From NCBI GenBank assembly GCA_002104945.1, contig MCFH01000059.1, positions 1-64,000 of the forward strand: a stretch of DNA of 64,000 nt, written 5' to 3'. Below are positions 36,193-49,900 of the stretch, piece after piece. The stretch is from Piromyces finnis finn (taxonomy: Eukaryota; Fungi; Neocallimastigomycota). The notes below the pieces were generated by a model. The model had not been told where the DNA came from. It saw only the letters and a list, made by a program, of their open reading frames with translations, and did no database searches. A program made the position numbers and the translations under genes. Positions within the stretch are counted from its first letter, which is position 1; every line of letters begins with the position of its first letter.

Positions 36193-36828
36193 TTATTCAC
36201 TGATACAAACAGAGTAGTATGGGTTACGTCTTTGACACTTTAAGCCTTCTTGACAGCAGTGTGGAGCACTAGCGTATAAACTTCCACCACATGGTTCATT
36301 TTCAGCAGCACATTCTTGAGTAGCCTTAAGGTTAGACTTGAGTGGGGAGTTGCTAGATCCCTTTCTAATAATGGTTGGAACAACAGTAGCAGTAGTAGTT
36401 GGAGCAGCTAAAGTTTTGGTTTCAATAGTGCTCTTTAATTCATTAACTAAGGAAGATGAAATTTCTTCAAGTTGTTCCATACCCATAGAGATTAAAAGAC
36501 ATTGCTTGTAATCGTAATATTTCTTATCAGATTGACAAACATCAATATTAGATTGAATATCACAGTAATATTGACCCTTAGTGTAGAAACGTAATGACTT
36601 TGTAGTTGGAATACTGTCAGTGGAACATGGAACCATACAAACGTATTCTAAGGCACAAGAGTCATCTGAACGTGAATAGTAGTAAGAACCGTTAAGCTTG
36701 TTAATACAATTTTCAGCAACTAAAACGTTGTCAATACCACATTCTTTGGCATATTCAGAAATTTTAGCATTCTTAGCAGCAGCAACTAAACCTAAACATA
36801 AAGAGGCAATTGAAAGATTGAATTTCAT
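36193..36828 (-). CDS. Secreted protein: Cys-rich unknown N-terminal domain, Thr/Ser linker, C-terminal CBM1
   Basis: Signal peptide MKFNLSIASLCLGLVAA; TTTATVVPT linker; CAAENEPCGGSLY..PHCCQEGLKCQRRNPYYSVC (fungal CBM1 pattern). Confidence 0.85.
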   Translation of the reverse strand: MKFNLSIASLCLGLVAAAKNAKISEYAKECGIDNVLVAENCINKLNGSYYYSRSDDSCALEYVCMVPCSTDSIPTTKSLRFYTKGQYYCDIQSNIDVCQSDKKYYDYKQCLLISMGMEQLEEISSSLVNELKSTIETKTLAAPTTTATVVPTIIRKGSSNSPLKSNLKATQECAAENEPCGGSLYASAPHCCQEGLKCQRRNPYYSVCISE

Positions 36829-39800
36829 TTTGAATTTTTATTTATTGATTAAAAAGAGATAATTATGTTGTTTTAATAATGAGTGAGAATAATATATTTT
36901 TACAGATGAGAAATTTTTGAATTATTTTATTTTATTTATGTTATATATATAAATTTCCTGAAATATTTATAATAATATCAAATTATTATTTTTTATTGAT
37001 TTCAACTTTATTGGATATATATATATATATTGTTAATATTTATTTTATTTTTTTATATAAGAAAATTTTCTTTAAATGAAAGGAAAATCTATTTCCTTTT
37101 ATAGGTTCTTTTCTATTGAATATAAATTTATTAATTATTATATAATACGCTATTATATTATTAAATAACCTTTTTATATAATAAAACTATCATAATAGTA
37201 ATCAATCAATAATAATACTAAAGTAAATAAATGAATAAATAAATAATAAATAAATAAATAAATAAATAATAAAAATAATAATATTTACAAAGAAGAAGAA
37301 TAATAATAATATTAATAAAGAATAGTAATCTTAATTAATAATAAAAATTAAAAATTCATATTAATTAAATTAGTGTTTTAATTTATATTCAATTTTATTT
37401 TATATATTATATTATATATTAATGATATAATAAATAGTACTTTTTATATATTATACAAAAAAATAATCATTGTTATTTAGTGAACCGTTCTTTTATCTAC
37501 ATCAATATTTTAATTTTAATTTAATTTATATTAATACTTTTTTCATTTAAAACCTTACACTGAAATTTTATTGGTTTTGACCAATTTATTTAGAAAAAAT
37601 AGTTTGGATATAAAGTTGCACAAACTTTAATTACTAATAAAAGGAAAATTAATTTGATTTAAGCAGTTTTTGATTATAAATTGAAAAACAAAAACAATAA
37701 GGAAATGTTATGAGTTTTATTTTACTTTTTCTATTATTATAAATTATAATTTGAATTTTAAAAAGATAATAAATTAAATTTAATTTATTAAAGTTTCATT
37801 CAAAAACCTTATTTATTAATTAAAATATAAATTAATGATTTATATTAATAAATTAAAAATGTTTCAAAACACATGAAAAAGTTTAATAAATAATAAAAAT
37901 AAAGGTAATCCTTGAAATTTGAACTTTTTAACCAAAAGTTAAAAATAAACCAGCTAAAAGAATTTTGAACCAGCAGGTTTTTGAAAAAAAATGTAGGAGA
38001 ATATTTATTTATTGATTAGTTAATATTATTTTCTTTTAAAAAAATTGTATTAGTATTTTAAATACCTTTTTAAAAAAGTGTAATGATAAAATGATAAAAG
38101 TTAAAAACAAACAAACAAAAAAAAAAGAATAATATTAAAAACTTTTATTTTAAATTAAAAAGAATTTAATTTTGCAATTTCAAAATAAGAATTTTTATAT
38201 AGAATTTCTCATTTTTAATTTAAAATTTTTGTTTGCAAATTTTAAAATTTTTTAAATTAAATAAAAAAAATACAAAAAACTAAAAATAGATAGATTGCTA
38301 TATAAAAACCATAATAATCCTATCCTATTTAAATAAAAATATTATTTAGTGTTTTTTTTTTTCTTTTTAAAAAATACTTATTCCTATATATATTTTTAAG
38401 AAAAAATAGTCTTTTACTATCGCGTTTATTTGTATTAAAAAAAGAAGTAAAATGGAAATTTTTTGATTCTAGAATTCAATTGTTTTAAATTAAAATTTAA
38501 CAAATAATAATTAAATTATTTTTATGTAATATTTGCATACATTGTATACATTACATAAATTGTATACATTATATTCAGAAATGTATATAATGTTTTTGAA
38601 TTGAAACTTTTTGTGAAAGATACAACAAGCAACAATAATAATTTTATAAAGATTAAATGGCATTAATATTTGTTATAAATATTATAAATATTATATAACA
38701 ACAATAACAATCCGCAATCCTTAAAAATAATATAAATTGTTAGTTTTAAAACAAAAAAATTACTAATCAAGAATTACTTTTAATGCTTTTTTTTTTTTAT
38801 GCTAAATAATGAATTATTATATCATTTATTCTTTATTAATTATTGTATTTTAGCTATTCACTTTGTTATTATTTATATTATAATAATGATTTTTTTTTTT
38901 TAAAGAATATAGAATTATAATAAATTAGACTATTATCATTTGAAATAAAAATTATGTAACGACTTTTTTTTTTTCCCAAACTTTTATCTTTAAATAACCG
39001 CAATTAGTTACAAATAAAATATTTAAATTTTGTCAATCGTTTTTTATCATAATAGTAAAAATTAAAAAAAGGTCAATAGTAATAATAACTTTTGTAAAAC
39101 TTTTTTTTTTTTAAAATCCTAACCACCATAACAATGCTAAAAAAGTTAAAATTTTAACCAGAGCTTTTACCAAAAATTAATTTCCTTTTTTTCTAAAAAA
39201 TAAATTTTTTATTGGTGAAATGTTTCATTTAAAGTTTTTAATAATGAAAAATCCTGAATTTTATTGGTTATAATTTAATTTATTATTATAGAAATAAAAT
39301 TTAATTAAATAAAAAATTTAAAAAATTGAAAAATTTTATTTACTATTTTATTGGAAAAAAAAACCATTCATTTTCTTGGTTTAAAATAAAAAAAAGAAAT
39401 CTCAAAATTCATGTGACTGACAAGAACTAAAAAAAAAAAAAAGTAATGGGAAGAGGAGGCATTTTTCAACCTAACCCATATCCATAAAATAAATGATTGA
39501 TTTCATATGTTTTATTATTGTAAATTTTATTACATTAAATTATGTACAATTATTTATGTAATGATGATAAATGTATTAATCTTATTAATCAACGAATATT
39601 GTTCACATTGTTCATATTGTTCATCCAAGTAAAAAAAAAATTTTTGATAGATATATATATATTTTCAACAATTATTTAATACCGTCTCTCTCTCTTTTTC
39701 TATATATATATATTGAGGAGTATGTAGTGAAAAAAGATATTTTAAAAGATAAGTACTCTTTCCTAAAGGTACTGATCCTTAATACCATTTCAATTGAGTA

Positions 39801-40758
39801 TTGTCAGAGTTTTAATTAGCTAAACTATACACATACACGAGTTTACTATCTATCCGTTCAAAAGAAGAGTAATTAAAATAAAGTTGTATTTTTTAATTGT
39901 TTTTATTTTCTTTTACCTGGAATGTAAAATTGTTACATTAGAAAGGATATATATTATATATATATATAATAATGATATAGTATATAAATAACAATTAGAA
40001 TAAAAGTGTTAAATATTACTATAAAGCTTTATTATAGTTTTATCATTTTAATTTTTTTTTATGATAATTAGTGTTAGAGATGTTGAACTTAAAAGAAATA
40101 TTATAAAAGTAGTATTATTGGTGTTACAAATAAGGTTTTGTTTAGAAGAAACTAATAATTATATATGTATATATCTACAAGAAAATCATGTAGTAGTAAT
40201 AATTATGTTAAAAAGGTGAAATTAAATGGTGGTTCGATATACATTTATTATATAGTTCAATGCTTTATTTCTAGTTTTAACATATGTATTATACCTTAAA
40301 AAAAAAAGTTTAAATAAAAATAGATAATAAATACTTTTTCAAAGATTATTATGAATGAAGTTTTAATATATGAATATTATCTTAATATTCATAGTTATTG
40401 ACTTGAAATTAGTAATAGCAATATTCTTATTTATAGTTATAAAAATAAGGTGTATATTATAAAGTAGTTTTGAATAATGGTAAATGAAAGTTGTCACAAT
40501 GTCACTTGTATAATTCTTTTCAAAAGCTTTTTTTTTTTTTTTTTTTTGAATTTATGTATGTATAAAATAAATATTTATTTTATTTTTTATAAATAAAGCA
40601 ACAGAGTAAATCCCAATATATATTAATTTTTCTTTTAGTTTCATATAGCAATACTTTATTGAAAAGTCTTTAGTATAACCAAACATACAAACAAACAAAT
40701 TTTATTTTATTAAAATTTGCATTTTTATTCTAAAATAGTACTACTAATTATTTCTATT

Positions 40759-40789
<31 letters not shown>

Positions 40790-41301
40790 TTCTTATTATT
40801 CTTATTACTATTATTTTGTAAATTACAAAAAAAAAAAAAAAAAAAAAACACTTAAATTAAAAACAAAAGCAGTTAAATAATTTTGTCTTTTAATTTTTAT
40901 TTGGTAATGAATAAATAAAGTAAATAGAATTATACAATTTTATATAAAATTAAAAAAAATTTACAAAGGGTTTAAAGAATTTGTAAATTATATATTTTGA
41001 TTGTCTTATATAATAAATAATAAATATAATAATTAAAAAAAAAAAAAAAAAAGAAAATACCTTTTTATTCTTTTGTCTATTGTTATATATTAATTTTTTT
41101 ATATAAAGTAGAAGATATAAAATATATATTATATCTTTCATTTAAAATATTTACATTTTATATTATATTTAAGATCTTTAAAATATCAAATTATAAAATA
41201 AAGTCTAATGTTTATTTAATGAAAGTTTGTTTAATGAAAATTTAAAATTGTATTTTTTTTTCCAATTTTCTATTGTAATATAGGTTATTAAAAAAATTAA
41301 T

Positions 41302-41922
41302 TTAATGTTCAATTGGAACTTGTTCAACATCTTCTTCCAAGTTTTCTAAATATTCATACATACAATCATCAATATTTTGTTCATCAATACGAAGATAACC
41401 GTTACCCTTAGTATCATCATTTTCAATAACAATAATGTTGTTGAAACCGTGAAGTTCACCTTCTTCATTGAAATATCTTCTGTCAGTAGTATCAAGCTTA
41501 TAATCACCAATAGCATCAAGTAAAAGTGGAATCCATTCCTTAGCAGAAGCTATAAGAATGTTATCAGAAGAATCCTTATTTAAGGTATGCTTAACAAATT
41601 GTCTTACCTCTGGATCGTATTTGTGGAATTGTTTTACTTTAAGATTGTAATAATCAGCAAGTGGCTTTACAGTATCATAAGGTCTGTGAGAACGAGTACC
41701 TTTATGATTAGCATAAATACTACCTGGTTTACCATAGATAGTATTGTCATTGAAAACTTGGTATAAACAATGAGCTCTAGCAGTACCTTCATTACTTAAA
41801 GTTTTGAAATCGTCACTTATTTTTTCACCATGACGAATAACAATAATTCTACGAAGTTTTTTAGCATTAATAACTGAGCAAAGACAGAAGGCTAATAAAG
41901 TAACAAATAAATATAATTTCAT
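41302..41922 (-). CDS. Secreted histidine phosphatase (phosphoglycerate mutase-like) family protein
   Basis: Signal peptide, then IIVIRHGEK, LSNEGTARA and RPYDTVKPLA. Confidence 0.85.
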   Translation of the reverse strand: MKLYLFVTLLAFCLCSVINAKKLRRIIVIRHGEKISDDFKTLSNEGTARAHCLYQVFNDNTIYGKPGSIYANHKGTRSHRPYDTVKPLADYYNLKVKQFHKYDPEVRQFVKHTLNKDSSDNILIASAKEWIPLLLDAIGDYKLDTTDRRYFNEEGELHGFNNIIVIENDDTKGNGYLRIDEQNIDDCMYEYLENLEEDVEQVPIEH

Positions 41923-41990
41923 TTTGTTTCTATCAATACTTTTTTTTACTTATGAATTGTTATTTTTATTGCTGTTCTTTGTTTCTCTTC

Positions 41991-42021
<31 letters not shown>

Positions 42022-43348
42022 ATAATGATAATATGTATATTATATATTCTTATTTTTTTAATTTAATTTCAACAAAGTGATGAAATTTCAAACTATTTAT
42101 ATATAAAATAAATATAAAATATAAAAAAGAAAAAAAATATTGGCATTTTTTTTTAGTTTAAATTTTTATTAAAAAGAATTAAATTTAATATATTTAATAA
42201 TACAGTTAATATTTAAATTCAATGTAATACTTTACAATTAAATTTAAAGCCATTATCTACAACAAAATACATAATTTATTAAATACATAGAAATATAATA
42301 TTCTATTATTTTGGAACCATCAGCCATAATAAACAATATATTAATTAATTAAAATTTAATAATTTTCAATTTAAAATGCGGCAGTTTTTTTTTATGAAAT
42401 TATTAAATTTTAATAAATAAAAAAATGGCAAATATTGAAGAAATTCAAAAGAAAAAAGTATCAAAGTATATGCAAGTATATCCATATATACGATAGTATA
42501 CGATGGACCTCTATGATTAGTATATATATTATTTATTATTATTTGTTTTAAGGAAAGATAAAGTATATATATACGATAGTATACGATCCTCTATGATATA
42601 TATTATTTATTATTATTATTATTATTTTCAAGTTAATACTATATTATAAATCAAATAAAAGTTTTACAGATTATACTTTGAGTAATTATTTTTATTCTCT
42701 TATTTTTAAACCTAAACCTTTTGTTTTTTCTTTAAATACTTTATCTATTTTTTTTAATGCGATGAAATTTTATATTAAATATTTATAATTATTATATTTG
42801 TTGTAATAGTTTAATAGACCTATTTTATTCAAAGCATCTTATTCATCCGATGTTTTAACAATCGAAATCATTAAAGATAAAACATTTTCTTGTTTATATA
42901 ATAATGAATGATATAATTCTTTTTTTTTTTTTAACTTTTTTTATTTTATTTTATTTAAAAGTAAAGTTTAAAAATTACTTTTTTTTTTTTTACATTTTAT
43001 AAAAATAAAGTATTATTAATAATAAAATATATATTTTTTTTTTTACAATTAAAAAGAAAGTCTTCAAAATTATTTGTATCGTTTAAAGGAATATTTTTAT
43101 AGGTTATTTTATTTATTCTTTTTTTTTTTTTTTGTTAACTTTATAATATATAATTATAATTATATATGGATTATTCAAGAGATAAAATATTTTTAATTAG
43201 GATATTATTTATTTTTACTTTATAATATAAATACTTTAAAGTTAAAAATAGTGATAAAGAAAAAAAAAATCATAATAGTTAATACATTCATTATTTTTAC
43301 TTTTATTTTTTAAAATAATTAATATTTAAATTACAAAGTTTCTCTCTC

Positions 43349-43379
<31 letters not shown>

Positions 43380-43474
43380 TTTTATTTATTTTTCTAATAT
43401 ATAGAAAAATTCTTTATATAAAAAATATTATTATATATTTTGTAGATAGTGTATTATAGTATTATATTGTAAAT

Positions 43475-44339
43475 ATGAAGGTTAATTTAATAGTGTTAAT
43501 TTTTACCACCATTATTCTATCTTTTCATTTTAGATTAAACTATGCGTATCCAGAGTATATGAATATTAGAAATGATAATGATGATGATTTTGAAGGTAAA
43601 AACCAATGTATCATTAAAATTTTTATAATAATATAAAGATAATAATAATAAATAACATCTAAAATAAAAAAATCAATTATTATTTTTCAATATAGAATTT
43701 AACATAGGAAAAAGAGGATATAATGTTAAAGTTAGTATAGTTATACCAGCTTATAACTTAGAAGATAAAATTGGTAGATGTATTGAATCAGCATTAAATC
43801 AAACTTTAAAAGATATTGAAATAATAGTTATTGATGATAAATCCACAGATGCAACAAAATCAGTTATACAAGAATACGAAAGAATGGATGATAGAATAAA
43901 AGCTATTTATTCAAAAACAAATAATGGTGCAGGATATTCAAGAAATTTAGGAATTGAAAAAGCTGAAGGAAAATTTATTGGTTTTATTGATGGAGATGAT
44001 TACGTTGATCCAGGATGGTTTGAACATTTATATAATAATAAAAAGAGAAAGGATATTGTTCATGGTGTAAGAGTTATTCATAATTTTAGTGAGACTTTTA
44101 CAAAATCAGAGGAAAAACCTTATGGCTGTATTATCCCTTCTATTATTAGAAAAAGATTTTTAATGAGAAGAAATATTAGATTCCCTACATTTAAAGAAAA
44201 TTGTGAAGATGTAGTTTTTAAAAAAAGACTTTATAGAAAAAAACCAAGAAAAGCTTTTGCACCAGATACTGGTGTTTATTATCATTATGATTTGAGAGAA
44301 GGATCCTTAAGTAACTATACTAATCCTAATATAAATTAA
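43475..44339 (+). CDS. Glycosyltransferase family 2 with N-terminal signal/TM exon (exons 43475-43595, 43696-44339)
   Basis: VSIVIPAYN..CIESALNQTLKDIEIIVIDDKSTD..NGAGYSRNLGIE..FIGFIDGDDY. The upstream exon MKVNLIVLIFTTIILSF splices in frame (phase 1). Confidence 0.88.
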
Positions 44340-44829
44340 ATAAAATAAGTTGATGCTAAAAAAAATATATTTGAATTAAATCAATTTATCAAAAATGATA
44401 AAAAAAAAAAAGTATTATGTTAAAATGTTAATAAAAATTATATTTTAATTATTAAATTTATTTATTCATTTTAATATATACTTTATTTATTTACTATGAG
44501 TTATCTCAAGTAAATATGCGTAAATATAAATAATATCAATAGTTATAAAAAAATATTTAATAATACTTTTAAATAATATTTCATTTTTATCAAAGGAAAA
44601 GAAAATGATAAAGAGGGTGAAAGCCATAAATTAGGAATAATCAAATTGATGTATAAAGAAAAAAAAAAAAAATATTTAAAATGGGACATCTTAAATATAT
44701 ATATATAAACAATTATTTCGATTATTATTATTTTTTGTTAAACTTTATAGGTGTTTTTGCATTATAAAAGAAAAATACGTCTAACAAAAGAAAAATAATG
44801 ATTATACTTTTAAATATTTTATTTATTTC

Positions 44830-44863
<34 letters not shown>

Positions 44864-45361
44864 TCATATATAGTATATATATATTTGGTATTTAATTTTT
44901 ATAGAAGATGGAAAATAAAGTAAAAAGGAAAAAGAATTTAATCAATTATATATTAAAAGTAAAAAAAAAAAAAAATTTTTTTAAACGAATGAATTAAATA
45001 TAATTATTATGAATTTATATTGTTGCTTATATTTATAAACTAAACTATATTAACATGGATATAAAGAAGTAATGGTAGTATTAGAAAAAGAATGAATTCT
45101 ATGAAAAGGGTTAACCGATAAAATAATAAGATAATAATATATTATTTTTATGTTTATCTTTTTATTTTTTATCATTTTTAAAATCATAATAATTAATAAA
45201 TATAAATAAAAAAGGGAAAAGAAGTAAAAAAAAAAAAAAAAAGTATGATTACATTATTTTATTTATATTAGTTTTAAATTTAAATATATAGAGGAAAATG
45301 AATTTTTTTTTTTTATATTGCTATTTAATTTTTTTATTTTATTTTATTATTATTATTTTTT

Positions 45362-47589
45362 TTAGAGAGCTATAGGGAAAAGGAAAAGACTTGTAATGAA
45401 TACAAGTATACAGGTAATATTAATTGTAGTTAAAGAGTTGACTGCAGCACTTGCTTTAAGATTCATTTTATTTTCATCAGTAATTGTGTTATTTTTATCA
45501 TCATCATCGTCATCATCATCATCTGGAATTGGAATATTCTTTGGAGATGGATCTAATGGTTCTTGATCCCATTCAAATCCAAATTCTTTTGCTACAGCTT
45601 GTGAACGCATTTTAATCCATCTCATTAAACCCCATTGAGCACTTTTAACCTTGGTATCACCTAAATTGGCATAATAATCATCCATGGTAAAAACGTAACG
45701 TGTATGATTTGGATTATTAGCTATACGTAAACGTTCAATGGTGTAATCCCATTTAACTTCTTCTGTGTAACGATCAACATATTCGCTTAAACGACGTCCT
45801 AAAGCAACTGGATTGAAGACATGCTTAACAATATCGATTAAATGCTTTTCAAACATGGTTGTGGTTACCCCTCCACGTAAGAAGATATCAATGGCTTCAC
45901 GATTTGCTGGATCCTTTGAACCAACGTTCCATGTACGGTCAACTAAAGTTTTATAGGATTGAGATGGGAAAGCGTCTCCATAAAAATTGACTTTGTGAGA
46001 TAAACCAATACCAAAGGTTAAATCAAAATCTTGATCAATGAAATAATATTTTAAGGTGGAATCAGTAGATTCTTCTGGAGCATCGTACATAACAAAGTTA
46101 CAAGTATCCATCCAATAGGAATCCCAATCCCCGGTTAAATATTCTAAGGCCATAGATCTTAAGAAAACGTCTAAATCAAACCATTCTTTATTGAATCTTT
46201 GAACATCAGCTTCATCATAAACATTGACTTCATGCATAGCTTTAGATAAGTAGGCAATTCCTTCATTAGTTTCACCTTCAGAATATATAAATTGATCATA
46301 TGGTCCATTTGGATAGAAATCAGAACCGCTACGACAATCTAATGGAAAACCTAATCTCTTATTTGGAACTTTTACTTTTTCAGAAATTTCATTACCATAA
46401 AACTGTGTCCTAATAAAGGATCGAGAACTAGTGACTTCAATCATTAAATATAAACCAATAGGAGTACCATCACTTAAGTAAACACGACAAATAACTTGAT
46501 TATGAACTGGATTACCAACGGCTGCAGCCATATCACCATATAAGGATTGACGGAAAAAGGTAGGATCAACAGCATTTGCTCTAAATTTAAATACACTTCT
46601 CTTATGAATTTTATGTTGAAGTTTAACTCTCCATTGGAATTTATCTTCGTAACGATTTTGACATTTGGTTGGAACATTTTCTTCGGTAAAAATTTCATCC
46701 TTTAAAATCATAGTAAATCTACCTAAAGTCCAAGTATCATTACCAGAAACAAAATATTCTCTAGAACCAGAGTCAACAATAATAGTTGGAATATAGGAAT
46801 CATCAAATACTTCTGTTTTACCAATAGAACGAACCCACTGAGGCTTGTCTGGTGGATATCCCATTCCCTTTAATGGTCTAATAGTTTTTTCTCTGCCAAA
46901 AAATTCAATGTGTGATGTGATAGCTGTAGAATCAAGTGTTCTAATATATTGTTCACTTTGACCATCTACAGTATAATAATATCTTTATTGTCATTTAAAC
47001 AATTTGAGAATAAATAAATTTATATTATTATTTTGTGGGATTTTTGAAAGCATTTTGTTTAATTAAATTTTTATTATAATAAAGAATAAATAAATTTATA
47101 TTATTTTGTGGGATTTTTGAATGCATTTTGTTTAATTGAAATTTTATAATAATTTAATGTCATATATATAAATTAATGAAATTTTATTTTGAAAAAAAAA
47201 AAAAAAAAACATTGATAAAATGAATTAATGAATCACATGAATTATGGATTGATATAAATTAATGATAGTTTTTTTTTTAAATGGTGTATTTATGAATTTA
47301 TAAATATATATTTAAAAAAATTAGTTATAGACATATAAACAAGTAATAGTTAATATATAAAGTTATTTTAAAATATTTAAAATATAACTTACTCAAGTGG
47401 TACTTCTTCAAGCATAGCAGTAACAGCATGAACATTTGAATAATCATCTATACGTTTCATAGGATAAACAATACCATTAATTGTAACGGACGCTTCATTA
47501 CCAAAAGCAATAACACTAAAAGTAACCATACGTCCATATATGCTATTTAGAATAGCAAGAAAAATTATTGATAAATGAAAGTAATTCAT
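45362..47589 (-). CDS. cotH: CotH kinase-family protein with signal peptide and GPI-like tail (exons 47589-47393, 46982-45362)
   Basis: FKFRANAVDPTFFRQ, GLYLMIE, EYLTGDWDSYW, YFIDQDFDLTFG; hydrophobic C-terminus ITCILVFITSLFLFPIAL; no dockerin seen. Confidence 0.9.
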
Positions 47590-48329
47590 TTTTTTTTTAT
47601 CTATTTATTTTCTAAAATTTTTCTAGTTTATAGTTTTTATTTTCTTTAACTCTTAAATTTTATTATAGGTGTTATGTTATTTAATTATTTAGTATTTTAT
47701 TTACAAGATTTTTCTTGAATATAATTTTTGAAAATGAAATTGTTAGAATAAGAATTATATATTATATATTATCTTTCATTCTTTAAAGATAAAGATTACT
47801 ACTTCTTTTTATTTTTAATTTTATTATTATTATTATTAAAATATTAATGATTAATTTATAGCAAAGATATTTTCTCCTCTGTATTTTTTAATGTATTTTG
47901 TTTTTATATTTTCATTATATATTTTTTTTAAAACTTCTTTTTTTTTTATTTTAAAAAGTACACATACACAAGTATAAAATAATGAAAAAGTATCTTTTTA
48001 AAGAAATAAAAAAAAAAAATAAAAAAATTTAAAGTAATATTATATTTTTATAAATATATTATAATTATATTACTATAATATATTATAATATAAAGCTTTA
48101 TTATAAACATTTAATAAAATTGTAATATTTAATATATTTAATTTTTTTAAATTTTATTAAAATTTATTTTAAATGAAATTAATATTGTTTTATAACAGAT
48201 TGGTTACACAAAATAATAAATAATGACATTCATTTATTGTTTCACATGTATTATAATACACACGTGATTTTACATTATTTTAATTAAAATTTCATAAATT
48301 TATTATTTTTAAAGATTAAACATAATCTT

Positions 48330-48536
48330 CCATTTACTAAAAACCTCAGTTTTTCAAAGGATAGTCTTTATGAAATTGGGATCATTTTTCAGTTTTTTTG
48401 TTAACTTAAGATCAAAATTTATAGGTTCTTGATAACTACAAATCTTATAATTAAATTTAATAATTAAGACATTTTCATTTCCGTCTTCTTTTTCTATTAT
48501 AACATTTCTTTTAAGACATTCTGTAAAATAAAACAA
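48330..48536 (-). pseudogene. Truncated copy of tandem orphan family (copy A)
   Basis: FTECLKRNVIIEKEDGNENVLIIKFNYKICSYQEPINFDLKL is homologous to the 48732 and 50381 ORFs. The 5' half is missing and there is an early stop. Confidence 0.7.
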
Positions 48537-48731
48537 TAATAATTATTAGAATTATTATTTATCTATTAATAAAAAAAAAAAAAAAAAGAAGAAACAAAAA
48601 AGTTGAAGTTTAAATATTTATATTTTTGTTATTATTTATTTTTAAACTAAAAAATAAAATGTAGTCATTTTAAATATATATTTAATTCTTTTTATTTTAT
48701 TTTTTAAGGTGAGAGTTAAATCGATTTTACT

Positions 48732-49274
48732 TTATTTTTTTTTCTCATATTCTTTTTTTTTTCTATTATTTTCAATTTTTTTCTTAATATTTGTAATTTT
48801 ACTATATAAAAATTTCAAATTTTCACAGATAACTTCTATAAAATTGTAGTTTTCTTTCATTTCTCTTTTCAACTTAATATCTAATTTTATAGGTTCTCGA
48901 TAACCCAAAATTTTATAATTAAAATTAATAATTAAAACATCTTCAATTCCATCTTCCTTTTTTATTATAATATTTCTTTCTTGAACACATTCAGTAAAAA
49001 AGTTAAATTTTAATTCTGGGGTTGAATAAATTCTATGGAATGGTCCTTGATTTAATACAGGATCATTATTACAATTCATTATTATTTGATAATGGTAACA
49101 TAAAATTTTGTTTGCTTTCTTAGCTTTTATAATAATAGTTTTAATATTATTTAAAGTAACAAGAGAAACCTTTACTTTATATAATTTATCATCAATACTC
49201 TTAATATTAATAGTTGGTGAGTTATCTTTCAAAAGTTCCTTTTTATTTTTTATTATTCCTTTTCTAGTAGGCAT
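48732..49274 (-). CDS. Tandem orphan family protein (copy B), beta-rich head plus C-terminal coiled coil
   Basis: 180-aa ORF sharing IMNCNNDPVL..FHxIY..EC.QE..FNYKI.GY..I...KLK.E.K with copy D. Confidence 0.78.
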   Translation of the reverse strand: MPTRKGIIKNKKELLKDNSPTINIKSIDDKLYKVKVSLVTLNNIKTIIIKAKKANKILCYHYQIIMNCNNDPVLNQGPFHRIYSTPELKFNFFTECVQERNIIIKKEDGIEDVLIINFNYKILGYREPIKLDIKLKREMKENYNFIEVICENLKFLYSKITNIKKKIENNRKKKEYEKKK

Positions 49275-49754
49275 TTTGTAGTTTAAAATAATAAACTTTC
49301 TCTTATATATGAATTAACAATTTAGTTAAAAACAAATAAATACTAATTATTTATACACTATATATATATTATTATTACATTTTTTTTTTCTCATTACTTG
49401 ATGCTAAAAATTATGTACTTTTTTTTTTATACTAAAAATAACATTTTTTTAATTTATAATATTAGAACAAACTTTTTTTTTTTTTTTTTTTTTTATGGTT
49501 AAATAGATTACTTTTAATGGACTTATTATTTTTTAATAGTATTATGGACATATCATTTCCCTTTTTTTTACAAAAAATTTTTTATATAATATATCATAAT
49601 ATTAAAACCATAGTACACAATACATATTTTTTGCCAATCCAATTTAAAAGTAAAAATAATGTAAAATAATATTTAATACATTTACTTCTTCATAATACAC
49701 AAACATTTCAATAAAATATTATTAGTTTTTTAAAATTATTGTTTATCTATTTGT

Positions 49755-49900
49755 GAGAGTTAACTATGGATTTTAATTCGTATTTTTATATATTATCTAT
49801 TCAGATTGTCTAAATGTCTAATTTTTCTTTAAGATATTTAATTTTTCGCAGATAGAAGTTGGTATTCTTTTCTATACTTACGATTTTGTAGTTTAAAATA
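49755..49900 (-). pseudogene. Internally deleted remnant of tandem orphan family (copy C)
   Basis: It retains the shared 3' flank GTGAGAGT (cf. 48710, 50340), a stretch homologous to the ICEKLK C-terminus, and the shared 5' flank TTTTGTAGTTTAAAATAATA (cf. 49275), but lacks the middle. Confidence 0.55.

Noticed and set aside
36900-41250. Long gene-free AT-rich stretch as a centromere or origin
   Set aside because: Such intergenic tracts recur throughout the window and no specific motif or repeat supports it.
42486-42615. ~55-bp direct duplication (TACGATAGTATACGAT..CCTCTATGAT); a similar ~65-bp duplication lies near 31110-31220
   Set aside because: Simple local slippage duplications in AT-rich intergenic DNA, with no evidence of function.
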